DNA from: a virus
DNA: 24,304 nucleotides
Reading direction: 5' to 3' (one strand)
Virus record (IMG/VR): IMGVR_UViG_3300029911_001830
In this document: positions 1 through 11,200 of the stretch, piece after piece
How the letters are laid out: each line of letters opens with the position of its first letter
Numbering within the stretch: the stretch's first letter is position 1
Translations under genes and position numbers: made by a program
The notes under the pieces: generated by a model
The model's input: the letters and a program-made list of their open reading frames with translations, nothing else
Told to the model about the DNA's origin: nothing
The model's database searches: none

Positions 1-459
1 CACCATCACCGAAATCCGATCCCGCACCTCGCCGTACAGGTCCCGACTGGTCGGCGGGTTCGTCCGCACATGGGTCGCCTTGGTGATCGCCGTTTCGGCT
101 TCCTCGCCTGTATCGGCAAGTTGACCCAACATCGCGGTCAGAATGGTCTCCTTGAGCTTCATTTCTTGCTCGCGAGTCAGGATGGCCGAAATCCCATGGT
201 GCAGATTCGCCTCGGCAATCTGCTGGCGGATCGCGTAAGCGGTTTCGATCAAACCGACCGCCGTCTGCAACGCGTCGGTGTTCTCCCGCGCCAGTTTATT
301 GATACGATCAAGCAACGCACTAGGCGGCCTGCCGTCATTATCACCGCGCAGCAACGCGTCATGGATGGAAATCGACTCGGCCGCTTTGAGAGAAAACTTC
401 TTCGCTGCGTCAATGGCTGCACGAACATAGCGGTCAGCCCGCCTCACGGTTACCTTCAT
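1..459 (-). CDS. hypothetical protein. N-terminus is in the window (ATG at 459-457); the gene continues past position 1
   Basis: Hand translation of the reverse complement gives MKVTVRRADRYVRAAIDAAKKFSLKAAESISIHDALLRGDNDGRPPSALLDRINKLARENTDALQ...GEVRDRISVMV. It stays open for 153 codons down to position 1, checked codon by codon. AGGTG lies 5 nt upstream of the ATG. Amino-acid composition is ordinary, whereas the overlapping plus-strand ORF 70..600 is Arg-rich in the way antisense frames of GC-rich genes are. It is absent from the ORF track only because its stop codon lies outside the window. Confidence 0.5.
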   Translation of the reverse strand, partial: MKVTVRRADRYVRAAIDAAKKFSLKAAESISIHDALLRGDNDGRPPSALLDRINKLARENTDALQTAVGLIETAYAIRQQIAEANLHHGISAILTREQEMKLKETILTAMLGQLADTGEEAETAITKATHVRTNPPTSRDLYGEVRDRISVMV

Positions 460-616
460 CTCAACACCTGTTTTCCAAGGACCAGCAGCCGGGCTGCCGT
501 GGCGCATCTTCTAGAAACCTCGATCGCCCCCGTCAACAGGTTTTTTGCTCGGTTTCACAGAATTCTCGGGTCCAACGAAACGGCGACACTTCACCGCTAG
601 GAACCTAAATATCGTT

Positions 617-1399
617 ATGCATGCGACGGAACTCTTCGAGACGCCTGAGATTGACCTGCGCAAACTGCGCTATGCACAACGCGCCTCGCATAAGTTCTCG
701 CAATGGCTCTACCAAGCCAATGCCAAGACGCCGCTCAAAGACATGGGCCTCTTTAATGTCCGGACGGCCAAAGGCGATGAACTGTGGCTGCTCCGCGCCA
801 CCGAAGTCGGCATCCCCTATCAGGACCTCTATATCGGCCTCGGCTGGAACCCAAAATCCACCAGTGATGCCTATGTCACGACCGCCACCATGGCCGGACG
901 GCAACACATGCTTTTGGTGATGATGCTGAAAGACGATCCGCGCGACCAAATCGACCTCGGCTACAAACTCGACTGGGCACAGTTCACCCATGAGTTTACC
1001 CATGTGATGGATTATCGACGCGGCTATACCCAACACAAAGCCAATGTCGCCAAATCCGGCAAACCGCCAGTTGCCGATCGGGCCGCGTATTATAACAGCC
1101 CGATCGAATTCAATGGCTATTATCAACAAGGCCTGCACACAATTATCTACAAACTCGCTCTCCTAGCGATGGCCAAGAAGCCACCCGATCGTTTCAAGAC
1201 CATTAGTTATAGCCAATTTCGCCGGGTCTATGACATCTGGTTCGAAAGCGCGTGGCTGCACAGTCTTAACACCGTCTACCAACGCAAGTTTACGCGTCGG
1301 TTCTATAAATTCTATCGGCTGGTGCAAACCACGTGGCCCGATATGGAGGCGATCCAAGACATCGCCAAACAAGACGAAGAATCGCCGGAATTCCACTAG
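617..1399 (+). CDS. hypothetical protein with an HEXXH (HEFTH) zinc-metallopeptidase-like motif. First gene of the plus-strand gene string
   Basis: ORF track lists 545..1399. The first ATG is at 617 (MHATELFE...), with a weak AGGA upstream. The HEFTH motif is encoded at 989-1003. The antisense alternative 605..1138 (-) has an odd composition (HHHQKH, GHGGGRD). Function was not recognised beyond the motif. Confidence 0.6.
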   Translation: MHATELFETPEIDLRKLRYAQRASHKFSQWLYQANAKTPLKDMGLFNVRTAKGDELWLLRATEVGIPYQDLYIGLGWNPKSTSDAYVTTATMAGRQHMLLVMMLKDDPRDQIDLGYKLDWAQFTHEFTHVMDYRRGYTQHKANVAKSGKPPVADRAAYYNSPIEFNGYYQQGLHTIIYKLALLAMAKKPPDRFKTISYSQFRRVYDIWFESAWLHSLNTVYQRKFTRRFYKFYRLVQTTWPDMEAIQDIAKQDEESPEFH

Positions 1400-1453
1400 G
1401 TGATTAACCGGAGGGTTTATAGCCGCCGCTAAATATTCCATCTAGGTGGAAAC

Positions 1454-1876
1454 ATGGCCGTCATTACCCAATCAAACAGTTCCAGTCAGCTTACACGGTA
1501 TTTCCTCGGCTATAGCACGCTGTATTCGAATATCACCGGCGTGCGTTCGCTCTATGACATTGATCTGATCAATATTGATCTGATGACATCATTCAATACA
1601 CGGGTGGGCGAGCGGGTTATGCGGCCCGACTACGGCTGCAAACTGTGGGATATGTTGTTTGAGCCGATGACGCCGATCCTGGCCGGTGCGATCATAGCCG
1701 AAGCCACCCGCATCTGCAACCTCGATGCCCGCGTGGTGCCCCAGACGATCACTCCGCTGCAAATCGACAAAGGGTTTCGCATCGAAGCCACGCTTTTGTA
1801 TCTGCCTTGGAACGTGATCGCCACATTCAGCGCCAATTTTGAACTCTCTGAAACCACCTATTTCAATCAGTCATAA
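1454..1876 (+). CDS. gp25/GPW-like baseplate wedge protein (TssE / P2 gpW / T4 gp25 family)
   Basis: 140 aa. The segment RSLYDIDLINIDLMTSFNTRVGERVMRPDYGCKLWDMLFEPMTPILAGAIIAEATRICNLDARV aligns with the T4 gp25 core RSIKNSLLGIITTRKGSRPFDPEFGCDLSDQLFENMTPLTADTVERNIESAVRNYEPRI. Both share P-D/E-F/Y-G-C-x-L-x-D-x-L-F-E-x-M-T-P, a conserved I/V-E run and an R-I/V pair. A GGTGGA RBS lies 6 nt before the ATG. The size is typical of the family. Confidence 0.8.
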   Translation: MAVITQSNSSSQLTRYFLGYSTLYSNITGVRSLYDIDLINIDLMTSFNTRVGERVMRPDYGCKLWDMLFEPMTPILAGAIIAEATRICNLDARVVPQTITPLQIDKGFRIEATLLYLPWNVIATFSANFELSETTYFNQS

Positions 1877-1887
1877 GGACCATTCCA

Positions 1888-4800
1888 GTGAGTTCGCGGC
1901 AAACAGACCTCCTCGCAGGAGACGAATGGACTTCGATCTATCAGGGTTTCACCCAGATCAATTTCAACGCCACCGACCCGGTAAGCATCAATCAAGCTCT
2001 TAGGAATTACATCCTCGTCAATTATCCCGAGAACTTCAATGATTGGATCATCTCCTCGGAATTTGTCGCGATAACCGATCTTCTTTCCTGGCTGGCGGGA
2101 ACATTGGCCTTCAAGACCGATATCGCGGCGCGTGAAAACTTCATCGACACCGCCGAATCGCGCGAAAGCATCCTGCGACTGGCGCGTTTCCTGTCATACA
2201 ATCCGAGCCGCTGTCAACCCGCCACTGGCGTGCTGAAACTCACCCAGGTAACGACCAGTGATGATGTGTACGACAGTCTTGGTAACGATCTCGCCAATCA
2301 GGCGGTGGTCTGGAATGACCCGAATAATATCAACTGGCAAGAACAATTCACCCTGGTCATGAACGCCGCGTTCATCCAAACCAATCCGTTCGGCCTGCCG
2401 TTAGCCTCCGGCACGGTGGCGAATGTGAGCACCGACCTGTACCGGATCAACGGTTTGGCTTCCGCCTCCAGCCTGAGTTTCAGCGCCACGGTCAGCGGCA
2501 CCGTGATGGCGTTCGAGATTTGCAATGGCGATTTCAGCGACAATGGCACTCTGTTCGAACGCGATCCCAATCCAGCCAATGCCCTGCAACTGTATTATTT
2601 GAACGACAGTAATGGTTATGCCAGCACGCGCACCGGTTTCTTCCTGCTGTTCAAACAAGGGAACACCGCCCAACAGGTGTTCCAGATCGCCACCCCGGTG
2701 CAGAACCAGTTGCTCGATCTGGGGGTAAGCAACGTCAATAATAACGATATCTGGGTGGATACCGTCGATGACAATGGCGCCGTGCAAATCGATTGGACCA
2801 AAGTCCCGGCGATCTTCAACAATAATATCACCTATAACAATCTCGCCAATACCGTACGCACAATCTACTCGGTGCTGACCCGCGATAACGATCAGGTCAC
2901 CCTCCGGTTCTCGGATGGCAGTTTCGGTCTCGCCCCGGTCGGCAATATTGCGGTGACCTACCGGGTGTCCAACGGTCTGACCTACCAAATCCAGCCGAGC
3001 GAAATCAGCAACATCACACTGCCGATCCAATATTTCAACACCGCCGGATCGCCCAAGCTGGTGTATCTGACGTTTTCGCTGCTGGAGACCGTGGCGAATG
3101 CCAGTGCAGCCGAAACGATCGAGCAAATCCGCCAGCGCGCCCCCCAGGTCTATGGTACGCAGAACCGGATGGTGTCCGGTCAGGACTACAATACCTTTCC
3201 GTTGTCCTCCAATCTGGCGGTCAAGATCAACGCCGTCAACCGAGTCTATAGTGGCCAATCGCGCTACATCGATCTGCATGATCCGACCGGCACCTATCAG
3301 GACCTGTCGATCTTCGGCGAGGATGGCCTGTTCTTCAGCGATCCGGCGAATACCTATTTCGAAGTGCCCACTACGCTCAATCGCACCTCATTACAAATCT
3401 TCAATGATTATATCGTGCCTGCGATCAATCAGTATACCACAGCGAATTTGATCCGCGACGTGCTGCTGCAGAATGTCCGGAACAACACCATCCGGGCGCC
3501 GCTCGATCAGGCCGGTGCGCCCTTTACCTGGGCGCCGTCCAGTGCCGCATTATTCAACACCAGCGGGACGTTCATCCATGATGCCAATCGGGGCCGCGTC
3601 GCCCTCCCCAGCCTGCCCGCTGCGGCCGGGTTGATCCAGGTCGGGGCGCTGTTACAGTTCAGTGTCAACAGCACCCTGGTTTGGGTTTCGGTGGTCAGCC
3701 TCGGCAATGCGATCGATACCCCCTTGGTGGTCAATACGGCAGGGCCAGTGACGCTGTCGCAAAGCCTGCCAAGCGGGGCGATCCTGCTCGCTGTGCTGCC
3801 CCAGGTGGTTACCACGGTGCCATCGACCCTGAACACCCCGAGCGGGTTGTCGGTCAATATGCTCTCGGGCTATCTCGATCTGCGGCTGTCCTTCTCGCTG
3901 CTCTACGATTATGCCACCGGGCTTTGGGTTCTGGGCACGGCGCAGAACAGTTTTGGCGCGCCTCAGGCGACGCTGGGCGGGCCGAATGGGACCACGGTGC
4001 TGATCGGGCTGGTTAACATTGTCGGCGGCGTGTGGCGGATCAATACGCGCGGCCTGCGCTATGTGTTCGAAAGCCTCGGCGCGGTCGAATGGTACGACAA
4101 TGGCGTGCGCACCCTGGCGCAGACCACGGGCGAAGCCACGGCCGATAATCTCAGCGTGCTGCGGATCAATCCCAATCTGAACGACCCGAGGGGCTATGCG
4201 TTGGGAATCGATTACGGCCTCACCATCGATCGGCTCTGGACCTATCCGGATGGCACGGCCGAACCCCGGCGCACCACGGTCTTGTTTGCTGATAGTAACG
4301 GTGATGGCGTGCCGGATCGGCCCGACACGTTTTACAACCTCATCTCCGGCAGCCCGGCGACAAACTATTTGTTCTGGAGCAACACAGCAGTGCCTCCGTA
4401 TGACCAACCATATTACACAGTGAACGGGTATGACAATGATGGTTTGCTGCAAGCGGATACCCCGCCGCTCGGCACGGTCGGCTTTCAGGTCGTCTCTTCG
4501 GTCACCCCATTAGCGAATGAAACCTTTTGGGTGTATCAACTCACCGGCTGGACGCAGGACACCACGAGCAGCTATCGCTTCGCCATCGGACGCGGTCCGA
4601 ATGTCGCGGCCAATTGGATCAGCGCCTCGGCCAGCGCCACGCCCAGTGGCGATGCGTTATTCTTTCATTGGCAACATTACGCCCCGAGTGATCATCGGAT
4701 CGATCCGGCCAGCACCAATATCGTCGATATTTTTTGCCTGACCTACTCGTATGACAGTGCGGTGCGGCAATGGATCACAGCGGGCGCGATTGCCGCCCAG

Positions 4801-5274
4801 CAACCCTATCCGCCAACCGAACTGGACCTCAGTCTGGCGTTTTCCGGGTTGGAAGATTTCAAGATGTTCTCCGACACGATCGTGTGGCGGCCCGTGCAAT
4901 ATCAATTCCTGTTCGGTGCCGCTGCCGATCCGGCCCTGCAAGCCAAATTCAAAGTCGTCCGGGCGACCAATTCGGCAGTCAGCGATGGCGAAATCCAGAG
5001 CAGCATCCTTGCCGCAATCAATGTGTTCTTTGCCGTCAGCAACTGGGATTTCGGCGAAACGTTCTACTTTACCGAATTGGCCGCGTATATCCATCAGCAA
5101 CTGGTCGGGCAAATCCTGTCTGTCGTCATCGTGCCAGTGATCGCGAATGGCGCATTCGGGGACGGGTTCGAGATACCGTGCCAAGCCAACGAGATTTTCA
5201 TCAGCGTGGCACAGGTCGCAGATATCGTTCTGATCGCGTCCAACACCGCGACCAACCTGCGGATCGCAAATTAA
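1888..5274 (+). CDS. large structural protein, putatively baseplate-J/gp6-like. The assignment comes from position only
   Basis: Uninterrupted 1128-codon ORF with a GTG start, AAGGA 9 nt upstream and a 12-nt gap after the gp25-like gene. In P2, T4, eCIS and T6SS the gene following the gp25 homolog is the J/gp6/TssF wedge protein. I could not confirm a family motif by eye. Its stop codon TAA (5272-5274) directly abuts the ATG of the next gene. Confidence 0.8.
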   Translation: MSSRQTDLLAGDEWTSIYQGFTQINFNATDPVSINQALRNYILVNYPENFNDWIISSEFVAITDLLSWLAGTLAFKTDIAARENFIDTAESRESILRLARFLSYNPSRCQPATGVLKLTQVTTSDDVYDSLGNDLANQAVVWNDPNNINWQEQFTLVMNAAFIQTNPFGLPLASGTVANVSTDLYRINGLASASSLSFSATVSGTVMAFEICNGDFSDNGTLFERDPNPANALQLYYLNDSNGYASTRTGFFLLFKQGNTAQQVFQIATPVQNQLLDLGVSNVNNNDIWVDTVDDNGAVQIDWTKVPAIFNNNITYNNLANTVRTIYSVLTRDNDQVTLRFSDGSFGLAPVGNIAVTYRVSNGLTYQIQPSEISNITLPIQYFNTAGSPKLVYLTFSLLETVANASAAETIEQIRQRAPQVYGTQNRMVSGQDYNTFPLSSNLAVKINAVNRVYSGQSRYIDLHDPTGTYQDLSIFGEDGLFFSDPANTYFEVPTTLNRTSLQIFNDYIVPAINQYTTANLIRDVLLQNVRNNTIRAPLDQAGAPFTWAPSSAALFNTSGTFIHDANRGRVALPSLPAAAGLIQVGALLQFSVNSTLVWVSVVSLGNAIDTPLVVNTAGPVTLSQSLPSGAILLAVLPQVVTTVPSTLNTPSGLSVNMLSGYLDLRLSFSLLYDYATGLWVLGTAQNSFGAPQATLGGPNGTTVLIGLVNIVGGVWRINTRGLRYVFESLGAVEWYDNGVRTLAQTTGEATADNLSVLRINPNLNDPRGYALGIDYGLTIDRLWTYPDGTAEPRRTTVLFADSNGDGVPDRPDTFYNLISGSPATNYLFWSNTAVPPYDQPYYTVNGYDNDGLLQADTPPLGTVGFQVVSSVTPLANETFWVYQLTGWTQDTTSSYRFAIGRGPNVAANWISASASATPSGDALFFHWQHYAPSDHRIDPASTNIVDIFCLTYSYDSAVRQWITAGAIAAQQPYPPTELDLSLAFSGLEDFKMFSDTIVWRPVQYQFLFGAAADPALQAKFKVVRATNSAVSDGEIQSSILAAINVFFAVSNWDFGETFYFTELAAYIHQQLVGQILSVVIVPVIANGAFGDGFEIPCQANEIFISVAQVADIVLIASNTATNLRIAN

Positions 5275-8200
5275 ATGACCAAACGGCGTTTCATCTCCCT
5301 GCTGCCCGGCTGCAACCAAACCGCCGACCTGACCGCCTTCTTCGGCGCCACGGTCGATGCCTTATTCCAGCCAGGAATTTCCGACAGTATCAATGGTTAC
5401 ATCGGTCACCAAATCAGCGGGGCCGACCCGACCACCGATTTCTATCTCGCCGAACCGGATCAGACTCGCGCGTTCTACCAGTTGGAACCCGGCATGGTGA
5501 GCCTCAATTCCACCAGCAATACGATTCGCAATGCCCTGACCTATCCGGATTTCATTTCTTATCTCGATGACACCGGGGCGATCGTCAGCAATCAGCAGCG
5601 GCTGTTCGACACCGCATTGTATAGCTGGGCGCCGCCCATCAATATCGACGCCTGGATGAACTATCGGCAATACTATTGGTTTGGCGATGGCGCCGAGGAT
5701 ATGCCGGTCCTGGCGATTAACGTTCCAATCACGTATTATACCGGCGACGGGGTTACCACGCTGTTCGCCCTGCCACCATCCATGACCTCGATCACCCTCG
5801 CGCAGGAAACCCCGACCGGTTATGTTGCGGGTGAAACAATGCCAACCACCCTCAGTCCGGATGGCAGCAGTCTGATCTTCGCAGATGCGCCTGCTCTTGG
5901 CACAGTGGTCATGGTGACGCGCATTGCCGACTTTATCGGCACCGTGACCAACATGACGAGCATCGATGTGACCGGACTCACCTCAAATGATACTACCCCC
6001 TCACGCGCGCCCAGTCCGCCGGTCACCCAGCTTAGCTCGGGGATGCTGCTGCGTATCTACGATACCTTGCATCTGACCGAAGGCTGGGGTGGTCCGGCCT
6101 GGGATACCACGCCCTGGGACGCAGCGGCCTTCGATCAGTATATCATCGATGGCGTCGGTCAGAGCATCCGGTTCACCCCGTATGGCACGCTGATCCGGGG
6201 TCTCGCGGCACAATACGTCACCATTGATCGCTCATCGCAGCAAACCAACGCATGGTCGAGCCGCAATCTGTGGGTGCATCGCGCCACCTTCCTGTGGGCC
6301 GGAGTGGATTTCGTCAGCCGTCAAGCCTTGCGCCCAATCATCGAATTCGTCCGCGATCTGGTGTTATGGCAATGCTCTGCCTCACTCTACAAACCGACCC
6401 CTCAGCAAGGCAGCACCCTCACCTTCGCGGGAACCTTGCCGGTCGCCACCACCGTCAAGGGGTTTGATGTCGAGATCGGTGTCACGAGCGAAACGTTAAC
6501 CACGCCGATTCCGGTTGTTACAGTCATCACCACAGCATCCACTGCGGTCACCCTGGCGACACCCTTGCCTGCGCTACTGGGACCGTTCGCGGCAGGCACT
6601 TCCATGACCTTCCAGCAGATTTGGTCGGAGGATGTGGCGCCATTGTTCATGCTGTATGATCTCAGCACCACCCCCGCGCCCTTGAACGATCCGGTTCGTT
6701 ATCCCAACAGCACGTTTTATGGCGATCACATTTTCGGCTACGCGCTGGGCACCGGGGCGGCCGATCCGGTCATTTTGCAACCCTTGGTGTTTGACAGCAA
6801 TGGTATCATTGTCTACGACAATGCGATCGCCACGACACAATATCTGGCCGGATCGACGCCGATCATCGGGCTTTATCGTTACGCCACGCATAGTAGCGCG
6901 GGTGATCCGCAATATTACTCGCCGTGGCACGATGCGGGCATCACCAGCCAGTCGATCGCGATCAATGGCTTTTGGGATATTCCGGTCAATTTGCAAGCCA
7001 ATCCCTTGGCGCAAGAGGTTAGCCGGGTGTCGAACAGCGATGTCCAGCAGCATTTTGCCGACTTGATCAGCCAGCAAAGCAATTTCAGCGGCACGGCCAG
7101 TGCCAGCAACAACTATCGCGACAGTCCGCGCGATCTGTCTCTCGGCACCCAGGTTCTCCAGCATCGGGCGACCCTGCTCAAGGCCATGCTGCTGGCGTCG
7201 TCCAGCCAATTCGATCTGACCCTGGCACTGCGCTACGCCGATCAGGAATATAACAGATTCCGTAACAAATTCGCCCGCAAGCTGGTTGATCTATGCAATC
7301 GTGGTGTGCTGCGAGTGGATATCGATCCTGCCAGTACTTGGGTGGCGACGACCCTGGCGGCCTTGAAGATTGGCCATACCAATGCGATGCCGTTTTGGCT
7401 CAGCACGATGGCGGGCGGCCAATGGTTCATTCCGCCCACGGCCTCGGCCCTGGGTATCCAACCGGCTGTGGTGCCTGCGCTGCTGGTCGATGCCTTGTAT
7501 AATCCGCCGATTACTTTCATCCAGGGGCATGACGGCAGTCGCACACCCGCCAATAATGACTGGCGCGATGCGATCATCCTGGCGCTGGAACAACTAATCT
7601 ACACCAATCTCGATCCTGCGTTGCAGACCGAAGCGCGGCCGGTGTTTGACATTCAGCAATGGTGTGGCGGGCATTTCTACGCCCCCGCGAACGGCTATAG
7701 CCACGCCGAGGTGAGCAGCCTGCTGGCGCCATTCTTCGAAATCTGGGCGCAGAACAACGGGCTGGATTATCGCAATGCGCTGGGCTACGATCCGAGCAAT
7801 CCTTTCACCTGGAACTATCGCGGCAGCCTCGACCTCTTTGGCTTGCCGATGGCTGGAAGCTGGCGCGCGGTCTATCACGATTATTACGGCACCGATGCGC
7901 CACATCTGCGTCCCTGGGAAATGCTGGGCTTTCAAACTCAGCCGTCCTGGTGGGTGACGCAGTATGGCGCGCCGCCTTACACCCCCAGCAATCGGGTCTG
8001 GATCGACGCCACGAACGGCTATATCGCGGGTGGCGTGCGCGCGGGCTATGATGCGGTCTATTCTCGGCCCGGTCTGCTGGCGGTCTTGCCGGTCGATGCG
8101 ACGGGCCATCTGCGCGATCCCACCCAAATCGGTCTGGTCACGGTCACTTCGGGGCTCGTCGCGCTCTCCAGCCAGCCCTGGCAAGCAGGCGATTTCGGTC

Positions 8201-11200
8201 CGGTCGAGATGCTTTGGCGGACCACCCCGTCGTTTCAATATGCCCTGGCCTGTGTCAGTTTTTTGATGAAGCCCGCCCGCTTCACCGATACCTGCTGGAC
8301 GACCCTCACGCGCGGCCTGATCGCTGATCAATGGGTCGATCTGAACACTTTGTTGCGTTCCACTGACTCAACCAATCTGCTGCATGGCGAGAGCGATGCG
8401 GCAGGCCAACCTGTGATGGTCACTGGCGTCTCGCAATGGCTCGCCGACTATCTGGTTTCGCAGGGCGGCACGAGCAGTCAATTGGGCGATGCGGTGCGCG
8501 GCTTGGATGTGCGCCTGCTGCATCAGATGGCGGGGTTCGTATCGAGCAACACGGTGCAGGCGGTGTGCGATAGTTTCGGCTTGCTACCTGCCGAGAATGT
8601 GCAGACAATTCTCTATACATCGCCACCCAACGATACCGAGGTCTATAGCGGCGTGATCGTCGAGTGGACGGGCGCCGGGTGGCGGGTGATTGGCTATGAC
8701 GGGCGCACCCCTTCCTTCACCATCATCCCGCCTGATCCGGCCTCGGTCAAAGGCGTGATCAGTCTCGCCAGCGTCGCGGAACCGAAGATCAGCCCCTGGC
8801 AAGCCAGCACGTGGTATGCGCTGAATACTTACTGCAATTCGCAGGGTTCGGTGTATCAGTGCCAACGCTCGCACACCAGCGGCCCGATCTTCGAACTGAG
8901 TTTCTGGACCCCGCGTCCCGATCTCAGTCCATTCGCGATCCCGGCGCCACGCATCGTCACCTATGCGACCGGTTTCAAGGCGCTCCAACAAGTCGCCTAT
9001 GGCACGATATTCAACACCTATCAGGCGGTCGGCGATTTTCTGCTCGGCTATGAACGTTACTTGGTATCACGGGGGTGGATTTTCAGCGGCACCGATCCGC
9101 AATCCGGCGCGATCCTGAACTGGTCGATGGCGGCATTGGAATTCCTGTCCTGGACGCAGGTCAAATGGCAGCCCGGCAACTTCATCGCCCTGTCGCCCGG
9201 ACAGCGGCAAATCCAATTCAGCACGCTCACCGGGACGATCAATAACGTGGAGGACAACAGCACGGGGTTCTTCGGGCTGTGCGATCGCGTCGGCGCCCCG
9301 ATCAGCCAAAACAACGTCCTGCTCAGCCGTCTGGATGGCGATCTGACCATCACCGCGCTGAATGCCGATATCTTCCTGGCCCGGCTCTATCTCAGCACCA
9401 TCGAACATTTGTTAGTTTTTGATAACGTAACCATCTTTGACGATGCCATCTATCTGCCGTTGTTCAATCTCCGCCAGCCGCGTCTGCAATTGATCTGCAA
9501 TCGGGCGCAGCAATGGAGCGGACGGCTGGACGCACCCGGCTTCGTCATCACCGGCAACACCTTGGCCTCTAGCTTCGAGAAAGCCGCCAATGATGTGCGC
9601 TACATGTTTGACATCGAACTGGCAGATGTGGCCGACCTGCGGGACTACGCACGTCACGTGATCGGCTATGCCGAGCGTAATTACCTGGATAACCTCCTGT
9701 TGGCCGAAGTCGAGCAGTTTGAGTTCTATCAAGGAATGATCCAGCAGAAGGGTGCCCCCGGCGTGTTCGAGAAACTGATGCGCAGCACCCGCGCATCCGG
9801 CAACAGCACGCTATCGTTCCTCGAAGAATGGGGCTTTCAGGTCGGCCAATACGGGGCTCCGGCCGATGGGTTCGTGACGTTCCAACTGGCGCAGACCGAT
9901 ACCCGTGACGATCCGCAGTTTGTCAGTTTTCAGCCGCTCGCCAATGCGCCGCTGAACTGGATCATGCTCGCGCCGGGCGATCCGCGCTGGTATGACGTGC
10001 CGCCGAACCCGAGCCAATTTTTCACCATGCAGAGCGGCTTCGTCCCTGCCGCCTTGCCGATTGCCGGGCCGGTGCGGCTAACCGATGTCGCCAATACAGT
10101 GTTCGCCTGGGCCGACGTGCCGACGGTGTTCAGCCAAGAATTGCAGGCAGGTACTGCTACCTTGCCCGCCGGAGAACGCCTCTGGGTGTATGAACGAGCC
10201 GATCTAACCTTTACGGTGCTGGAAAGCTTTAACACAGCGGCGCTCCCAAATGCGCTGCTCAGCGTGCTCGCACCCGTCATCGGCAGCACCGATCGAACCG
10301 CGACCCAGACCACGCGACTGACCCTCAGCCAACCACTCAATCTGCAACAAAGTGACATTGGTAGCTACATCGTCATTGATGCGCCCAGTCTGTCCTATCC
10401 GGACCTGCATGGTGTCGCAACCTTGATCGCCATCAACTTCGCCAATAATACCATCGATATCGATTCGGTTAGCACACAGGGCTACGTCTATCTGCCCACC
10501 GACACCGCGCCTATGGTGCGCATTCTGCGCGAAATGCGGTTTCCTGATCTGGCGACGCTGATGGTCGCGGGCTACGATTGGATGATCGGCGACCTCGCCT
10601 GGATCGACGGTTCAGCCACGATGCCCTGGACGGTGCAGCAATGGGATGGCGGCGAATGGTCTCTCGCCCGCCAGCAGCCCCTGCGCAATAATCCGACGAC
10701 GATCAGCGAGACGCTGATCTATGCAGCCGGGACGCAGATCACGGGTATGCTCATGAGCAGCAACACGCCAGTGGTGAACGCCATCGACGTGATCGATCCG
10801 GTTGCTGGCTTAATTGCAGGCCGCGCCCGCAAGGAACTCGATTATCTCACCCCGTTCGATCCGGCCCGCTATAACGCCGGAGCGACATCTGCTGCGCTCA
10901 ACCCGTGGGGGCCGAATGAACGCGGCCGGGTGTGGTGGAATATCGCCACCGTCAAGTTTATCGATCCCTCCACCGATGTCTTAGGCGCAAGTAACGATCG
11001 CGATGTGGTCGAGTTGCACTATCGCATCCAGCAATGGACCCGTGTGGCGCCACTTAGCAGCGTCGATGTGTATGAATGGATCGAAAGCCTCGTCGATCCG
11101 ACGACCTATATCGCCCAGGCCATAACCGATTCGTCCTTGGGACGGGTGTATCTCACGGACGCGCCCTCCTGGGTCGAGCGGGTGGTGTATGATCCGACCC

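Noticed and set aside
70-600. 176-aa plus-strand ORF
   Set aside because: Arg-rich, antisense-like composition. It fully overlaps a well-behaved minus-strand reading frame (1-459) that has a start codon and an SD.
605-1138. 177-aa minus-strand ORF
   Set aside because: Antisense to the HEXXH ORF. Its composition (His and Gly runs) is typical of a non-coding frame in GC-rich DNA.
2401-3279. 292-aa minus-strand ORF, plus other antisense ORFs inside 1888-15924 (for example 3652..4452, 4657..5319, 6574..7209, 7594..8331, 10981..11799, 12661..13440)
   Set aside because: All lie antisense within the two very long plus-strand ORFs. They are Arg/Gly/Asp-rich, as expected for shadow frames of high-GC coding DNA.
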